Assembly: GCA_963816185.1 (NCBI GenBank)
Contig: CAWFJJ010000028.1
Span: 448,001 to 512,000 of the forward strand
Direction: 5' to 3'
Source of the DNA: Thermoanaerobaculia bacterium
GTDB lineage: Bacteria > Acidobacteriota > Thermoanaerobaculia > UBA5066
DNA: 64,000 nt
Below are positions 1 to 9,017 of this stretch, one piece after another. The notes under the pieces are model-generated. The model saw nothing but the letters and a program-made list of their open reading frames with translations. It did no database searches and had not been told where the DNA came from. Made by a program: the position numbers and the translations under genes. Numbering within the stretch: position 1 is the first letter of the stretch; each line of letters opens with the position of its first letter.

Positions 1-1
1 G

Positions 2-262
2 CCCTTCGTCGCGATGGCGAATCTCGTGAGCGACGACGGCTCCGGGAAAGGGACGGTGCCGGAGCTGGTGCAGAGTGATGCCACGCCGGAGCGTGTCGCG
101 GCCGAAGCGGCCGCCTATCTGGACGACCCGGCCCGCTCGGCGAGTACACGCGCGCGCCTCGCGCGCGGGCTCGAGGAGCTCGGGCCGCCCGGCGCGCCGG
201 GCCGCACGGCGGACGCTCTCGTGGCCGCGCTCGCGGCTGCTGCCTCGGAGAGTCCCGCGTGA
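2..262 (+). CDS. lpxB: Lipid-A-disaccharide synthase, C-terminal fragment (5' end outside window)
   Basis: Reads PFVAMANLV...VPELVQSDATPERVA, the LpxB C-terminal xxNL...VPEL.Q...TP pattern; directly upstream of an MsbA-like gene. Confidence 0.75.
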   Translation, partial: PFVAMANLVSDDGSGKGTVPELVQSDATPERVAAEAAAYLDDPARSASTRARLARGLEELGPPGAPGRTADALVAALAAAASESPA

Positions 263-2160
263 GCGATTTCCGGCGGCTCCTCCGTATCTTCCGGCCGCAC
301 CGGTCCGCGGCTCTCGCCGCGATCCTCGCCATGCTGGGCGTCGCCGTGTTCACGGGCCTCGTGACGTATCTGTTCGGCCCGCTTTTCGATCAGGTCCTCA
401 CGCCCGAAGCGCGGACCGCCGTGATGTCCCATGCCGGCGCCGCGCCCGGCCTCGGGTCGGTGGTCGGCGAGAAGTCCGTCGTGAGGCGGACGGCCGTCGC
501 GAAGGCTCTCGACGCGGGACTCGCTTCCGTCGAAGCGGCGCTCGGCGCCACGGAGAAGACGCGCGCCTTCGTCCTGCCTCTTCTCCTCCTCGCTGCGTTC
601 GTCCTCAAGAACCTCTGCGCCTTCGTCGCCGAGTACCGGTTCAACGCGGTCGGGCTCGCGTTCGTGAGGGACCTGAGGAAGACGCTCTACGAGAAAGTCC
701 TCGGCCAGTCCGGAGCGTTCTTCGCGCGCCACCCGTCAGGCGATCTCATCGCGCGGGTGACGGGCGACGTCGACCGCGTTCAGAGCCTGTTCGGGACCGA
801 TCTCGCGGATCTCGTCCAGTCCCTCGCGACGCTCGCGGTCCTCCTCGTCGTCGTCGTCTCGCTCTCGCCCCAGCTCACGCTCGTCGCCCTCCTCATCACG
901 CCCGCGATCGTCGTGCCGGTCGTCGTCATCGCGAAGCGTCTCCGCGCCCTCTCGCGGTCGGCGCGCGAGCGGATGGGGGACCTCACGGGCGTCCTTTCCG
1001 AGACCATCCGGGGTGCGCGCGTCGTCCAGGCCTACGGCGCCGAGCGCTGGGAGACCGAGCGGTTCTCCGAGGTCAACGAGCGCACGTTCCGTCTCGCGCG
1101 CAAGGGGGCGCGCGTCATGGCGTTTTCGTCGCCCCTCGTCGAGACGGCTTCGGTCCTGGCGTTCCTCCTCCTCCTCGCCTATGCGACGACGCGGATCGCG
1201 GCGGGCAAGATGACGCTCGGCACGTTCATCTCGTACGGCGTGGGACTCGCGATGATGTACCAGCCCTTCAAGCGCGCGACGCGCACGAATCTCGCTCTCC
1301 AGCAGGCTCTGGCTTCCGCTCGCCGGCTCTTCGAGGTGCTCGACGCACCGAACGACGTCCTCGACCGGCCCGGTGCCCGACCGATCGCCGGCTTTTCCCG
1401 CGAGATTCTCTTCGAGGGGGTCTCCTTCGCTTACGGCGACGGCGAGCTCGTCCTCGACGGCGTGGACCTCGCGCTTCGCCGCGGCTCGGTGACCGCCCTC
1501 GTCGGCCCTTCCGGCGCCGGAAAATCCACGCTCGCCGCGCTTCTCCCGCGCTTCATGGATCCGACGGCCGGCCGCGTCACCCTCGACGGGGTCGACCTTC
1601 GTGACGTGACGCTCGCCTCGCTTCGGGCGCACATCGGTCTCGTGACCCAGGACGTCGTCCTCTTCGACGAGACCGTGCGGCGCAACGTCGCCTACGGCCG
1701 TCCCGACGTGGCCGAGACGGACGTCCGCGACGCCCTCGCCGCCGCGAACGCCCTCGCGTTCGTCGACGCGCTTCCCGACGGTCTCGACACGCGGGTGGGG
1801 GAGGGCGGCGCGCGCCTCTCGGGCGGCCAGCGCCAGCGCCTCGCGATCGCGCGCGCGATCCTCAAGGACCCGCCCATCCTCGTCCTCGACGAGGCGACGT
1901 CGGCGCTCGACGCCGAGAGCGAGCGGGCCGTGCAGGAGGCCCTCGAGCGCCTCATGGCCGGGCGCACCGTTCTCGTCATCGCGCACCGACTCTCCACCGT
2001 GCGCCGAGCCGACCAGCTCGTCGTGCTCGACGCGGGCCGAATCGTGGAGCGCGGCCGGCACGCGGACCTCCTCGCGGCCGGAGGGTTGTATCGTCGCCTC
2101 CACGATCTGCAGGTTTTCGAGCCGGCGCGCGAGACGGCGGCGGCGGGGAGCGACGGATGA
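259..2160 (+). CDS. msbA: ABC transporter permease/ATPase, lipid A flippase MsbA-like
   Basis: TM domain followed by Walker A GPSGAGKS, signature LSGGQRQR and Walker B ILVLDEATS; follows lpxB with a GTGA overlap. Confidence 0.8.
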   Translation: MSDFRRLLRIFRPHRSAALAAILAMLGVAVFTGLVTYLFGPLFDQVLTPEARTAVMSHAGAAPGLGSVVGEKSVVRRTAVAKALDAGLASVEAALGATEKTRAFVLPLLLLAAFVLKNLCAFVAEYRFNAVGLAFVRDLRKTLYEKVLGQSGAFFARHPSGDLIARVTGDVDRVQSLFGTDLADLVQSLATLAVLLVVVVSLSPQLTLVALLITPAIVVPVVVIAKRLRALSRSARERMGDLTGVLSETIRGARVVQAYGAERWETERFSEVNERTFRLARKGARVMAFSSPLVETASVLAFLLLLAYATTRIAAGKMTLGTFISYGVGLAMMYQPFKRATRTNLALQQALASARRLFEVLDAPNDVLDRPGARPIAGFSREILFEGVSFAYGDGELVLDGVDLALRRGSVTALVGPSGAGKSTLAALLPRFMDPTAGRVTLDGVDLRDVTLASLRAHIGLVTQDVVLFDETVRRNVAYGRPDVAETDVRDALAAANALAFVDALPDGLDTRVGEGGARLSGGQRQRLAIARAILKDPPILVLDEATSALDAESERAVQEALERLMAGRTVLVIAHRLSTVRRADQLVVLDAGRIVERGRHADLLAAGGLYRRLHDLQVFEPARETAAAGSDG

Positions 2161-3035
2161 AATCCATGACCGGATTCGGCCGCGCAGCCGGCACGTTGCC
2201 GGACGGCACGGAGGCGAACGTCGTCGTGCGCGGCGTGAACCACCGCTTCCTGGACGTTGCCGTGAAGCTCCGCGACGAGTACGCCTCGGCCGAACCGGCC
2301 ATCCGAAAGGCCGTGGCGGCGGTCGCGTCGCGCGGGCACGTGGACGTCCTCGTCCGGACGACGCGGCCTGCGGGGGCAGCGGGAGCCGCCCGCTTCGACA
2401 TGGAACTGGCGGAGCGTTACGCGAGGATCTGGAAAGAGGATTCTTCGAACAGAGGATTGCCCGGTGAGCTCTCTCCGCGCGACCTCCTCAGTCTGCCGGG
2501 CGTCGTCCGGCAGGAAGAGGCCGCGCCGGGCGAGGGCACCTTCGAAGAAATCTTCGTTGCTCTGGTCGAAAAGGCGCTCGCCGACTTCGACGAGAGCCGG
2601 TCGCGGGAAGGCGCCGCTCTCGCTCTTACCTTCGAAGAAATCCTCAAAAAGATCGAGGGTGGAGTGACACGGCTCGACGCGGAACGAGTCGGCATATCGG
2701 AACGCATTCAAAGCAGCCTCAAAGAGCGCATCGCGAAGCTGGCGGCCGGCGTCCCGCTCGACGAGGCGCGCCTGGCGCAGGAGGTCGCGCAGCTCGCCGA
2801 CCGCGCCGACATCACGGAGGAGATCGACCGCCTGAAGACGCATGTCGTCGAGGTCCGGCGCCTGCTCGCTTCGCCGGGGCCCGTGGGGCGGCGCCTCGAC
2901 CATCTCGCACAGGAGCTCCACCGCGAGGTCAACACCTCCGGCTCGAAGGTGAGGGAGGCCGGCGCGACGAAGCTGGTCCTCGACCTGAAATCCGACCTCG
3001 AGACCTTCAAGGAACAGGTCCAGAACGTCGAATGA
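2157..3035 (+). CDS. yicC: YicC/YloC family endoribonuclease
   Basis: MKSMTGFGR start, NHRFLD, DITEEIDRL, GRRLD..QE..RE.NT, and EQVQNVE end; upstream of gmk. Confidence 0.9.
   Translation: MKSMTGFGRAAGTLPDGTEANVVVRGVNHRFLDVAVKLRDEYASAEPAIRKAVAAVASRGHVDVLVRTTRPAGAAGAARFDMELAERYARIWKEDSSNRGLPGELSPRDLLSLPGVVRQEEAAPGEGTFEEIFVALVEKALADFDESRSREGAALALTFEEILKKIEGGVTRLDAERVGISERIQSSLKERIAKLAAGVPLDEARLAQEVAQLADRADITEEIDRLKTHVVEVRRLLASPGPVGRRLDHLAQELHREVNTSGSKVREAGATKLVLDLKSDLETFKEQVQNVE
2436..2645. repeat. Paired-arm motif cluster inside yicC
   Basis: Left-type core TTCTTCGAA at 2441; right-type ACCTTCGAAGAAATC with cores at 2541 and 2631. Confidence 0.55.
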
Positions 3036-3045
3036 GAGGCGCGCG

Positions 3046-3669
3046 ATGAGCCGCGGCGATCTTTTCATCGTCTCCTCGCCTTCGGGAGCGGGCAAGACGA
3101 CGCTCATCCACCGGGTGCTCGAAGATCCGCGCATCGGCGGCTCGCTGCACTTCTCGGTGTCGCACACGACGCGGGCGCCGCGGGCGGGCGAGCGCGACGG
3201 GGTCGAGTATCACTTCGTGGACGAGGCCGGCTTCCGCGCCATCGAGGAAAGAGGCGGGTTCCTCGAGTGGGCCGTCGTCCACGGGAACCTCTACGGCACG
3301 TCGCGGGCGGAAGTCGAGCCGCGCCTCGAGAAAGGCCTCGACGTCCTCCTCGACATCGACGTCCAGGGTGCGCGACAAGTGCGCTCTCACGTGCCCGACG
3401 CCGTGAAGGTGATCGTCTTCCCCCCGTCTCGCGAGGTTCTCGAGGCGCGCCTCAAGGCCCGGGCCTCCGACGCTCCGGACGTCGTCCGGCGCCGGCTCGC
3501 GGCGGCCCGCAAGGAGATGGAAGAGTGGGGCGAATACGACTATGCGATAATCAACGAGGATCTGGAGGCCGCGGTGGACGAGCTTCGCTCGATCCTCGTG
3601 GCGCGGCGGGCGGGGAAAAGCCGCCGGCGTGAGCGCCTCGAATCGATCCTCAGGAGCTTCGCGCCCTGA
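3046..3669 (+). CDS. gmk: Guanylate kinase
   Basis: SPSGAGKTT, SVSHTTRAPRAGERDGVEYHF, HGNLYGT, LDIDVQGA. Confidence 0.95.
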   Translation: MSRGDLFIVSSPSGAGKTTLIHRVLEDPRIGGSLHFSVSHTTRAPRAGERDGVEYHFVDEAGFRAIEERGGFLEWAVVHGNLYGTSRAEVEPRLEKGLDVLLDIDVQGARQVRSHVPDAVKVIVFPPSREVLEARLKARASDAPDVVRRRLAAARKEMEEWGEYDYAIINEDLEAAVDELRSILVARRAGKSRRRERLESILRSFAP

Positions 3670-3692
3670 ATCTCACGGAGGACACTCTCTTC

Positions 3693-3923
3693 ATGTCGCA
3701 GCTTCCGCCGAACGTCGAGTCGAAGTTCCGCCTCGTCCACATCGCCGCCCGGCGCGCCGAGCAGCTCGTCCAGGGCGCGCGCCCGAAGATCGAGAGCAAG
3801 CACGCAAAGGTCACGCGCATCGCGCTTCAGGAAGTGAACGCCGATCTCGTGCGCTGGCAGCTCGCGTCGCCCGAACCGGTCGTGGAAGAGACTCCGACCG
3901 TCGACCTGCTTCCCACCGAGTGA
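3693..3923 (+). CDS. rpoZ: RNA polymerase omega subunit
   Basis: SKFRLVHIAARRAEQL, IALQEV; follows gmk; GGAGG RBS upstream. Confidence 0.9.
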   Translation: MSQLPPNVESKFRLVHIAARRAEQLVQGARPKIESKHAKVTRIALQEVNADLVRWQLASPEPVVEETPTVDLLPTE

Positions 3924-3930
3924 TCTCCGG

Positions 3931-4869
3931 GTGACCCCCGCGCGGCCTGGCCATGGCTCCGACGCGCTGAGGGAAACCCTCGCCTACTACCGCGACCTGG
4001 GGGTGGCAGAACTCTATCTGACGCGATCTCCTGGTCATGCGGCGTCCGAAGAGCACGAGGAGAAGGAGATTTCTGCGAATGTGAATCAGGCGGAGGGCAA
4101 TGCCGCGGCAGGATCCGCAGCGGCGGCGCACGCCGCACCGGCGTCCTTATTCACCTTCGAAGAAAACGCGCCCTATCACGGCGCTTCTAGGACCGCTCGA
4201 AGCGGGCCGCCCGCGCCAGGCGCCTCTTCCACCTTCGAAGAAAATGCTCCGTACCCCGCTACTTCGAAGTCAGCCGGAAACGCGAGCGCTTTGGAGCTGA
4301 AGTCTCTAGCAAGAATCGTCTCCTCCTGCGTCACGTGCCGCCTGTGCAAAACCCGCAAGCAGACGGTCTTTTCGGACGGGTCGCCCGATGCCCGGATCAT
4401 GTTCATCGGGGAGGCGCCCGGGGCCGACGAGGACCGGCAGGGCGTGCCGTTCGTCGGCCGTGCGGGGCAGCTCCTGACGAGAATGATCGAGGACGGCATG
4501 GGCCTCCCGCGCAGGTCCGTCTATATCGCGAACGTGCTGAAGTGCCGGCCCCCCGACAACCGGAACCCGGAGCCGGACGAGATCGCTTCGTGCCGCGGCT
4601 ATCTGGAACGGCAGATCGACCTCGTGAAGCCCGAGGTGATCGTCGCGCTCGGCAAGTTCGCGGCGCAGTTCCTCCTCGGGACCGAGGAAGGCATCATGCG
4701 TCTGCGCGGGAAGTGGGGAAGCTACCGCGGGATTCCGGTGATGCCCACGTTTCACCCCTCGTTCCTTCTGAGGCAGCCTGCCCAGAAGAAGGAAGCGTGG
4801 GAGGATCTCCTCGCCGTTCTTTCGAGGCTCGGAATCGATCCTCCGGCTCGAAGGGGAAAAGCGACGTGA
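3931..4869 (+). CDS. Uracil-DNA glycosylase family 4 with long low-complexity N-terminal linker
   Basis: C..C.LC..R cluster ligands, [32 protein letters not shown]. Confidence 0.9.
   Translation: MTPARPGHGSDALRETLAYYRDLGVAELYLTRSPGHAASEEHEEKEISANVNQAEGNAAAGSAAAAHAAPASLFTFEENAPYHGASRTARSGPPAPGASSTFEENAPYPATSKSAGNASALELKSLARIVSSCVTCRLCKTRKQTVFSDGSPDARIMFIGEAPGADEDRQGVPFVGRAGQLLTRMIEDGMGLPRRSVYIANVLKCRPPDNRNPEPDEIASCRGYLERQIDLVKPEVIVALGKFAAQFLLGTEEGIMRLRGKWGSYRGIPVMPTFHPSFLLRQPAQKKEAWEDLLAVLSRLGIDPPARRGKAT
4066..4245. repeat. Paired-arm motif cluster inside the udg linker
   Basis: GAGATTTCTGCGAATGTGAAT (core 4071); TATTCACCTTCGAAGAAAA (core 4156); CCACCTTCGAAGAAAAT (core 4234). Confidence 0.65.
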
Positions 4870-5525
4870 ACCTTCGCCTTCGTCATGTCCTCCTCGCCGT
4901 CGGCGTTGCCGCCGCGATCGCGGCTGCGGCTGTGCTCCTGACGAGCCACGCCGCCAGGCCTGCCAGGCCCGCCCGGACGGCGCCGCCGCCCGCCGACACA
5001 CGCGGGCTCGACGCGTCTGGCCGGACCAAGGCCGAGCGCCTCGCGGTCGAGGAAGCGCTCGCCCAATTCAAGAAGGACGGGCTCCTCCTCCGGTCCGCAG
5101 AGGACGGCGACGCGGCGGAATCCGACGAGCGACGGGACCTCGAGGCCGTCTACGGGAGCTACCACCCTTTCTTCGTCCGCGGGGACCTCGACGGCGACGG
5201 ACGATTGGACTTCGCGCAGGCCTTCGTGGAAAAGGGGTCGAGCGGTCCCTGGTTCCACGTGGCGGTCTTCTTCGGCACCGCGGACGGCGCTTTCCAGAAG
5301 CCTCTCTGGGTCGAGCGCGCGATCTCTCTGTCGACGGGCGACCTGACGATCGACCGTTCGCTCCTCGTCGTGACGCCCGACCTCGCGCTCGATCCGACAC
5401 GCCGTTGGCGCTGGGAGGCCGGCGAGAAGCGCTTCGTCGACGCCGACGAGGATTCCGGGCGCGAGCCGCCCGACGAGGACGCGCCCGACGAGACCCCCGA
5501 CCAGAAACCGAGGACGCGCGTCTGA
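4866..5525 (+). CDS. Hypothetical membrane-anchored/secreted protein with FG-GAP-like GDLDGDGRLD motif
   Basis: GTG at 4866 overlaps the udg stop and is in frame with ORF 4335..5525; N-terminal hydrophobic segment. Confidence 0.6.
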   Translation: MNLRLRHVLLAVGVAAAIAAAAVLLTSHAARPARPARTAPPPADTRGLDASGRTKAERLAVEEALAQFKKDGLLLRSAEDGDAAESDERRDLEAVYGSYHPFFVRGDLDGDGRLDFAQAFVEKGSSGPWFHVAVFFGTADGAFQKPLWVERAISLSTGDLTIDRSLLVVTPDLALDPTRRWRWEAGEKRFVDADEDSGREPPDEDAPDETPDQKPRTRV

Positions 5526-7924
5526 CGCGCGTCGCGCTTCTCCTTCCCAACCGTTTCCCCGGGCTGCCGAGCTACCGGGTGCCGGAGGACGTCGGGCCGC
5601 TGGTGCCTGGCGCGCGCGTGGCCGCGCCGTTCGGAAGCGCGCTCGCGACCGGCCTCGTGGTCTCGCTGGACCCTCCGCCCGCGCCCGAAGGCACGGTGGA
5701 GCGGGACGTCGTCGCGGCGTTCGACGACACGCCTTTTCTTCCGGAGCGGCTCGTCAGCGTTCTCGTGCGCGCCGCCGCGTATTATCTCGTCCCGCCGGGC
5801 GAGATCCTGCGGTCCGCGGTTCCCGCGCGCCTCCTCGCGGCCTCCGAAGCGGTCTACGTGCCCACCGGGAGGGCCGTCGGCGCCTCGGCGGAAGGTGTCA
5901 CGGGGAAGATCCTCGGCATGCTTCTCGAAGCGGGGGAGGCACGCCTTCCCGAGCTCGCGGAGCGCGTCGGACGAAAGGGCCTCGCTTCGGCGCTCAAGCA
6001 GCTCCTCGCCGACGGCCTCGTGAGGATCCGTTCCGAAAAGCTGCGGGCCGCCGCCGCTCCCTCGGATCGAGCGTGGGTCGCGCGGCCCGCGCCGGCAGAC
6101 CACCCCGCGCTCGCGCGTTCTTCGAAGCGGCGCGCGCTTCACGCACATCTCCTCGCGCTGGCCCGGCCCGCGTCCAGCGAGGAGCTGCGGGCCGCGGGAG
6201 CCTCGCCTTCCGTCCTCGCAGCCCTCGAGAAGGCAGGGCTCGTCTCCCGCGTCGAGATCGAGCGCCGCGCGGATCTCGCGCGGCATGTCGGCGCGTTCTC
6301 CGCAGATCGCAGGCCGATCCCCACTCCCGCACAGCGCACGGCGATCGAAGCGATCTCCGGGAGCGTCCGCGCAGGAGGCTCCCGGGAATTTCTCCTCGAC
6401 GGCGTCACCGGAAGCGGAAAGACCGAGGTTTACCTCGCCGCCCTGGAGGCCGCCCGGGAGGCGGGCCGGCGCGGGATCCTCCTCGTGCCCGAGATCGCGC
6501 TCGCGCCGGCGCTCGTGCGGCGGCTCGTCGCGCGCTTCGGCGACCGGATCTCGCTCCTCCACAGCGGCCTGTCCGACGGCGAGCGGGCGGCGGAGTGGGA
6601 GCGCGCGCGCCGCGGAGACGTGGACGCGGTCGTAGGGCCGCGTTCGGCGGTCTTCGCGCCGCTGCCGGATCTCGGCCTCGTCGTCCTCGACGAAGCGCAC
6701 GACGCCGCTTACAAACAGGGTGAGTCACCGCGATATGACGCGCGCGCCGTGGCGCGCGTCCGAGCTCACGAAGAGGACGCCACGCTCGTTTTCGGCTCGG
6801 CGACGCCGTCGATGGAGCTGGAGCGCGCCGCCCGCGAAGGCCGCCTCCCGCGCCTCGCCTTGCCGGAAAGGCCGGGCGCCCGGCCCCGCGCGACGGTCGA
6901 AGTCGTCGATCTCAGAAACGAGACCGCGCGCGAGGGGGATCACGGGCGAATCCTCTTCGCATCACGGACGGCGGAGATCCTCTCGAAGTGCTTCGAAAGG
7001 GGAGAGCAGGCGATCCTCCTTCTCAACCGGCGCGGGTTTTCGCCGAGCTTGCTCTGCCGGGCGTGCGGCGAGGACTTCCGGTGCGCGAACTGCTCGGTGG
7101 CGCGCACGTACCACCGGCGTCACGAGAGGCTGCTCTGCCACTACTGCGGCAACGAAATCGCCCGACCTGCGGCGTGTCCGTCGTGCGGGTCCGGGGTTCT
7201 CATGCCGATCGGCTTCGGGACCGAGCGCCTGGCCGAACGCTTCGAGGAGCGCTTCCCCGGTATTCCCTACGCCGTCCTGGACCGTGACGCAGCCGCACGC
7301 CGCGGCGGCGCCGCGGGCGTGCTCATGGACTTCGAGGCCGGACGCTCGCAGGCGCTCCTCGGCACGCAGATGGTCGCCAAGGGCCACGACTTTCCGAACG
7401 CGACGGCGCTTGCCGTGCTGGATGCGGACGCGCTTCTCTCCTTTCCCGACTTCCGCGCAGCGGAGCGGACGTTCCAGCTCGTCACTCAGGCCGCGGGGCG
7501 CGTGGGCCGAGGCGACCGGCCCGGCACCGTCGCCGTGCAGACGGCCCGGCCGGACCACGAGGCGATCCGCGCCGCCGTGAGCCAGGATCATCCGTCGTTC
7601 GCGGACGCCGAGCTGCGCTTTCGGAAGGCGTTCCGCTATCCGCCGTACACGCGTCTCCTCCTCGCGCTCTTCGCCCACGCCGACCTTTCGAAAGCGCACG
7701 CGGCCGCGGGAGCGGCGTTCAGGGCGCTCGCCTCCGCCGAAGTCGCGCGGGAGATCCGCATCCTCGGGCCCGCCCCGGCCCCGATCGAGAGGCTGAAAGG
7801 CGTCTGGCGCTACCACCTTCTCGTCAAGGCCGAGCGCCGCGAGGCGATCGCGGAAGCCGGGCATTTCCTCGCGGCGCTGCCGGACCCCCCGCGCCTCGAC
7901 ATCGACCCGCAGAACCTGCTCTAG
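5522..7924 (+). CDS. priA: Primosomal protein N' (replication restart helicase)
   Basis: GVTGSGKTEVY, LVPEIAL, DEAHD, NRRGF, four CxxC pairs, GTQMVAKGHDF, DIDP end. Start is inferred at CTG 5522. Confidence 0.93.
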   Translation: MTRVALLLPNRFPGLPSYRVPEDVGPLVPGARVAAPFGSALATGLVVSLDPPPAPEGTVERDVVAAFDDTPFLPERLVSVLVRAAAYYLVPPGEILRSAVPARLLAASEAVYVPTGRAVGASAEGVTGKILGMLLEAGEARLPELAERVGRKGLASALKQLLADGLVRIRSEKLRAAAAPSDRAWVARPAPADHPALARSSKRRALHAHLLALARPASSEELRAAGASPSVLAALEKAGLVSRVEIERRADLARHVGAFSADRRPIPTPAQRTAIEAISGSVRAGGSREFLLDGVTGSGKTEVYLAALEAAREAGRRGILLVPEIALAPALVRRLVARFGDRISLLHSGLSDGERAAEWERARRGDVDAVVGPRSAVFAPLPDLGLVVLDEAHDAAYKQGESPRYDARAVARVRAHEEDATLVFGSATPSMELERAAREGRLPRLALPERPGARPRATVEVVDLRNETAREGDHGRILFASRTAEILSKCFERGEQAILLLNRRGFSPSLLCRACGEDFRCANCSVARTYHRRHERLLCHYCGNEIARPAACPSCGSGVLMPIGFGTERLAERFEERFPGIPYAVLDRDAAARRGGAAGVLMDFEAGRSQALLGTQMVAKGHDFPNATALAVLDADALLSFPDFRAAERTFQLVTQAAGRVGRGDRPGTVAVQTARPDHEAIRAAVSQDHPSFADAELRFRKAFRYPPYTRLLLALFAHADLSKAHAAAGAAFRALASAEVAREIRILGPAPAPIERLKGVWRYHLLVKAERREAIAEAGHFLAALPDPPRLDIDPQNLL

Positions 7925-8859
7925 CGGCGGATCTCGAGGACGAGATAGGGGTTCAGGGCCGTGCCGGCAATCCACGTGAAGCCGGGTACGGACATCAGCG
8001 CGAAGAAGGCCTTCATCGGGGAACCGAAAAGGTGGCCGTACCAGTGCGCGCCAACCTGGTTGAAGCGCAGACGGCGATGAGGCGACCGAACGGAGACACG
8101 GTACGCGGGCTCGAGGGATCTCGCGAGCGCGGCGATCTCCCTCACTTTCGGAAGAAATCCTTCGAAGGGCGAATGCCATCGCGCTCCACCGGCGCTCGGG
8201 CCGTGCCAGAAGTCGATGGGGAAGGCGCCGTTCGGGAAGTCGAGGTAGAGGACGCCGCCGGGCGCGAGGACTCGAACGAGGCCGGCCACGAAAGCGGTGC
8301 GTCGCGCGTCACGGTCGGCGAGCGGAGCCACCTCGTAGAGTCCAGGGCCCCCACGCTCGTCGACGCCGATATGTTCGAGAACGCCCGAGCAGACCACTGC
8401 GTCGAAGCAGCCATCGGGAAAGGGAAGGCGGAGCCCGTCCGCGACGACGAGACGGTCCCGGCGCTCTCTGGTGCGCCATTGCCACTTGCGGAAGGCTGAG
8501 AGGTCGTGTCCCCAGGCTTCGAAGCCTGCTTCCGAAAGAAGGTCGATCGCCTCGCCGTTCCCGCAGCCCGAGTCGAGAACGCGCCGTGCGCTCGTCGAAC
8601 GCAGGAGCGGCAGGTAGTAGTCCTCGATCCGCCGACCCGCGTTCTCGTTCTCGTATCCGCGACGTGCCTCGTCGGAGAGGGACGCAGGGTCCGGGTGGTC
8701 GTCGAAGTACTGCCGCCCGGAAAAATCGGCGATCCCGTCGTCGACGGGAAACGCGCGACCGCACGACGCGCACGTCAATGCGGTCGCGGAGGCGGAGAGC
8801 GCGCCATGGCAGGCAGGGCACACCAGGTCCACGCGCGCAACGGCCCTGCTGTCTTTCAT
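7921..8859 (-). CDS. Class I SAM-dependent methyltransferase with N-terminal Trm112-like zinc knuckle
   Basis: LVCPACH...CASCGRAFPVDDGI, VLDSGCGNG, LPFPDGCFDAV, VLEHI, VLAPGG. Confidence 0.8.
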   Translation of the reverse strand: MKDSRAVARVDLVCPACHGALSASATALTCASCGRAFPVDDGIADFSGRQYFDDHPDPASLSDEARRGYENENAGRRIEDYYLPLLRSTSARRVLDSGCGNGEAIDLLSEAGFEAWGHDLSAFRKWQWRTRERRDRLVVADGLRLPFPDGCFDAVVCSGVLEHIGVDERGGPGLYEVAPLADRDARRTAFVAGLVRVLAPGGVLYLDFPNGAFPIDFWHGPSAGGARWHSPFEGFLPKVREIAALARSLEPAYRVSVRSPHRRLRFNQVGAHWYGHLFGSPMKAFFALMSVPGFTWIAGTALNPYLVLEIRR

Positions 8860-8919
8860 TCTCAGAAATCTCTCTTCGGAGCTTGACCCGGGAGAGCCGC
8901 GCTGTCGAGCGACCTCCCG

Positions 8920-8986
8920 TCCCCTCTGTTACAGTCTCCAAGTGGCGAACGAAGCCCAGTTCGAAGCGCCGATCCAGCGCGTGCGG
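8920..8986 (+). repeat. Direct repeat copy 1 (67 bp): duplicate of the accA promoter and first 15 codons
   Basis: Identical to 10240..10306 except at 8940/8941; offset is exactly 1320 bp. Confidence 0.95.
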
Positions 8987-8992
8987 AGGTGA
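8942..8992 (+). pseudogene. 16-codon accA 5' remnant (MANEAQFEAPIQRVRR*)
   Basis: GTG..TGA mini-ORF matching the first 16 residues of the AccA ORF at 10262. Confidence 0.7.
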
Positions 8993-9017
8993 CGATCGCG
9001 CCCATGGCCTTGGACGA

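Noticed and set aside
3693-3931. coaBC missing between rpoZ and udg
   Set aside because: Gene-order variation; it cannot be judged from one window.
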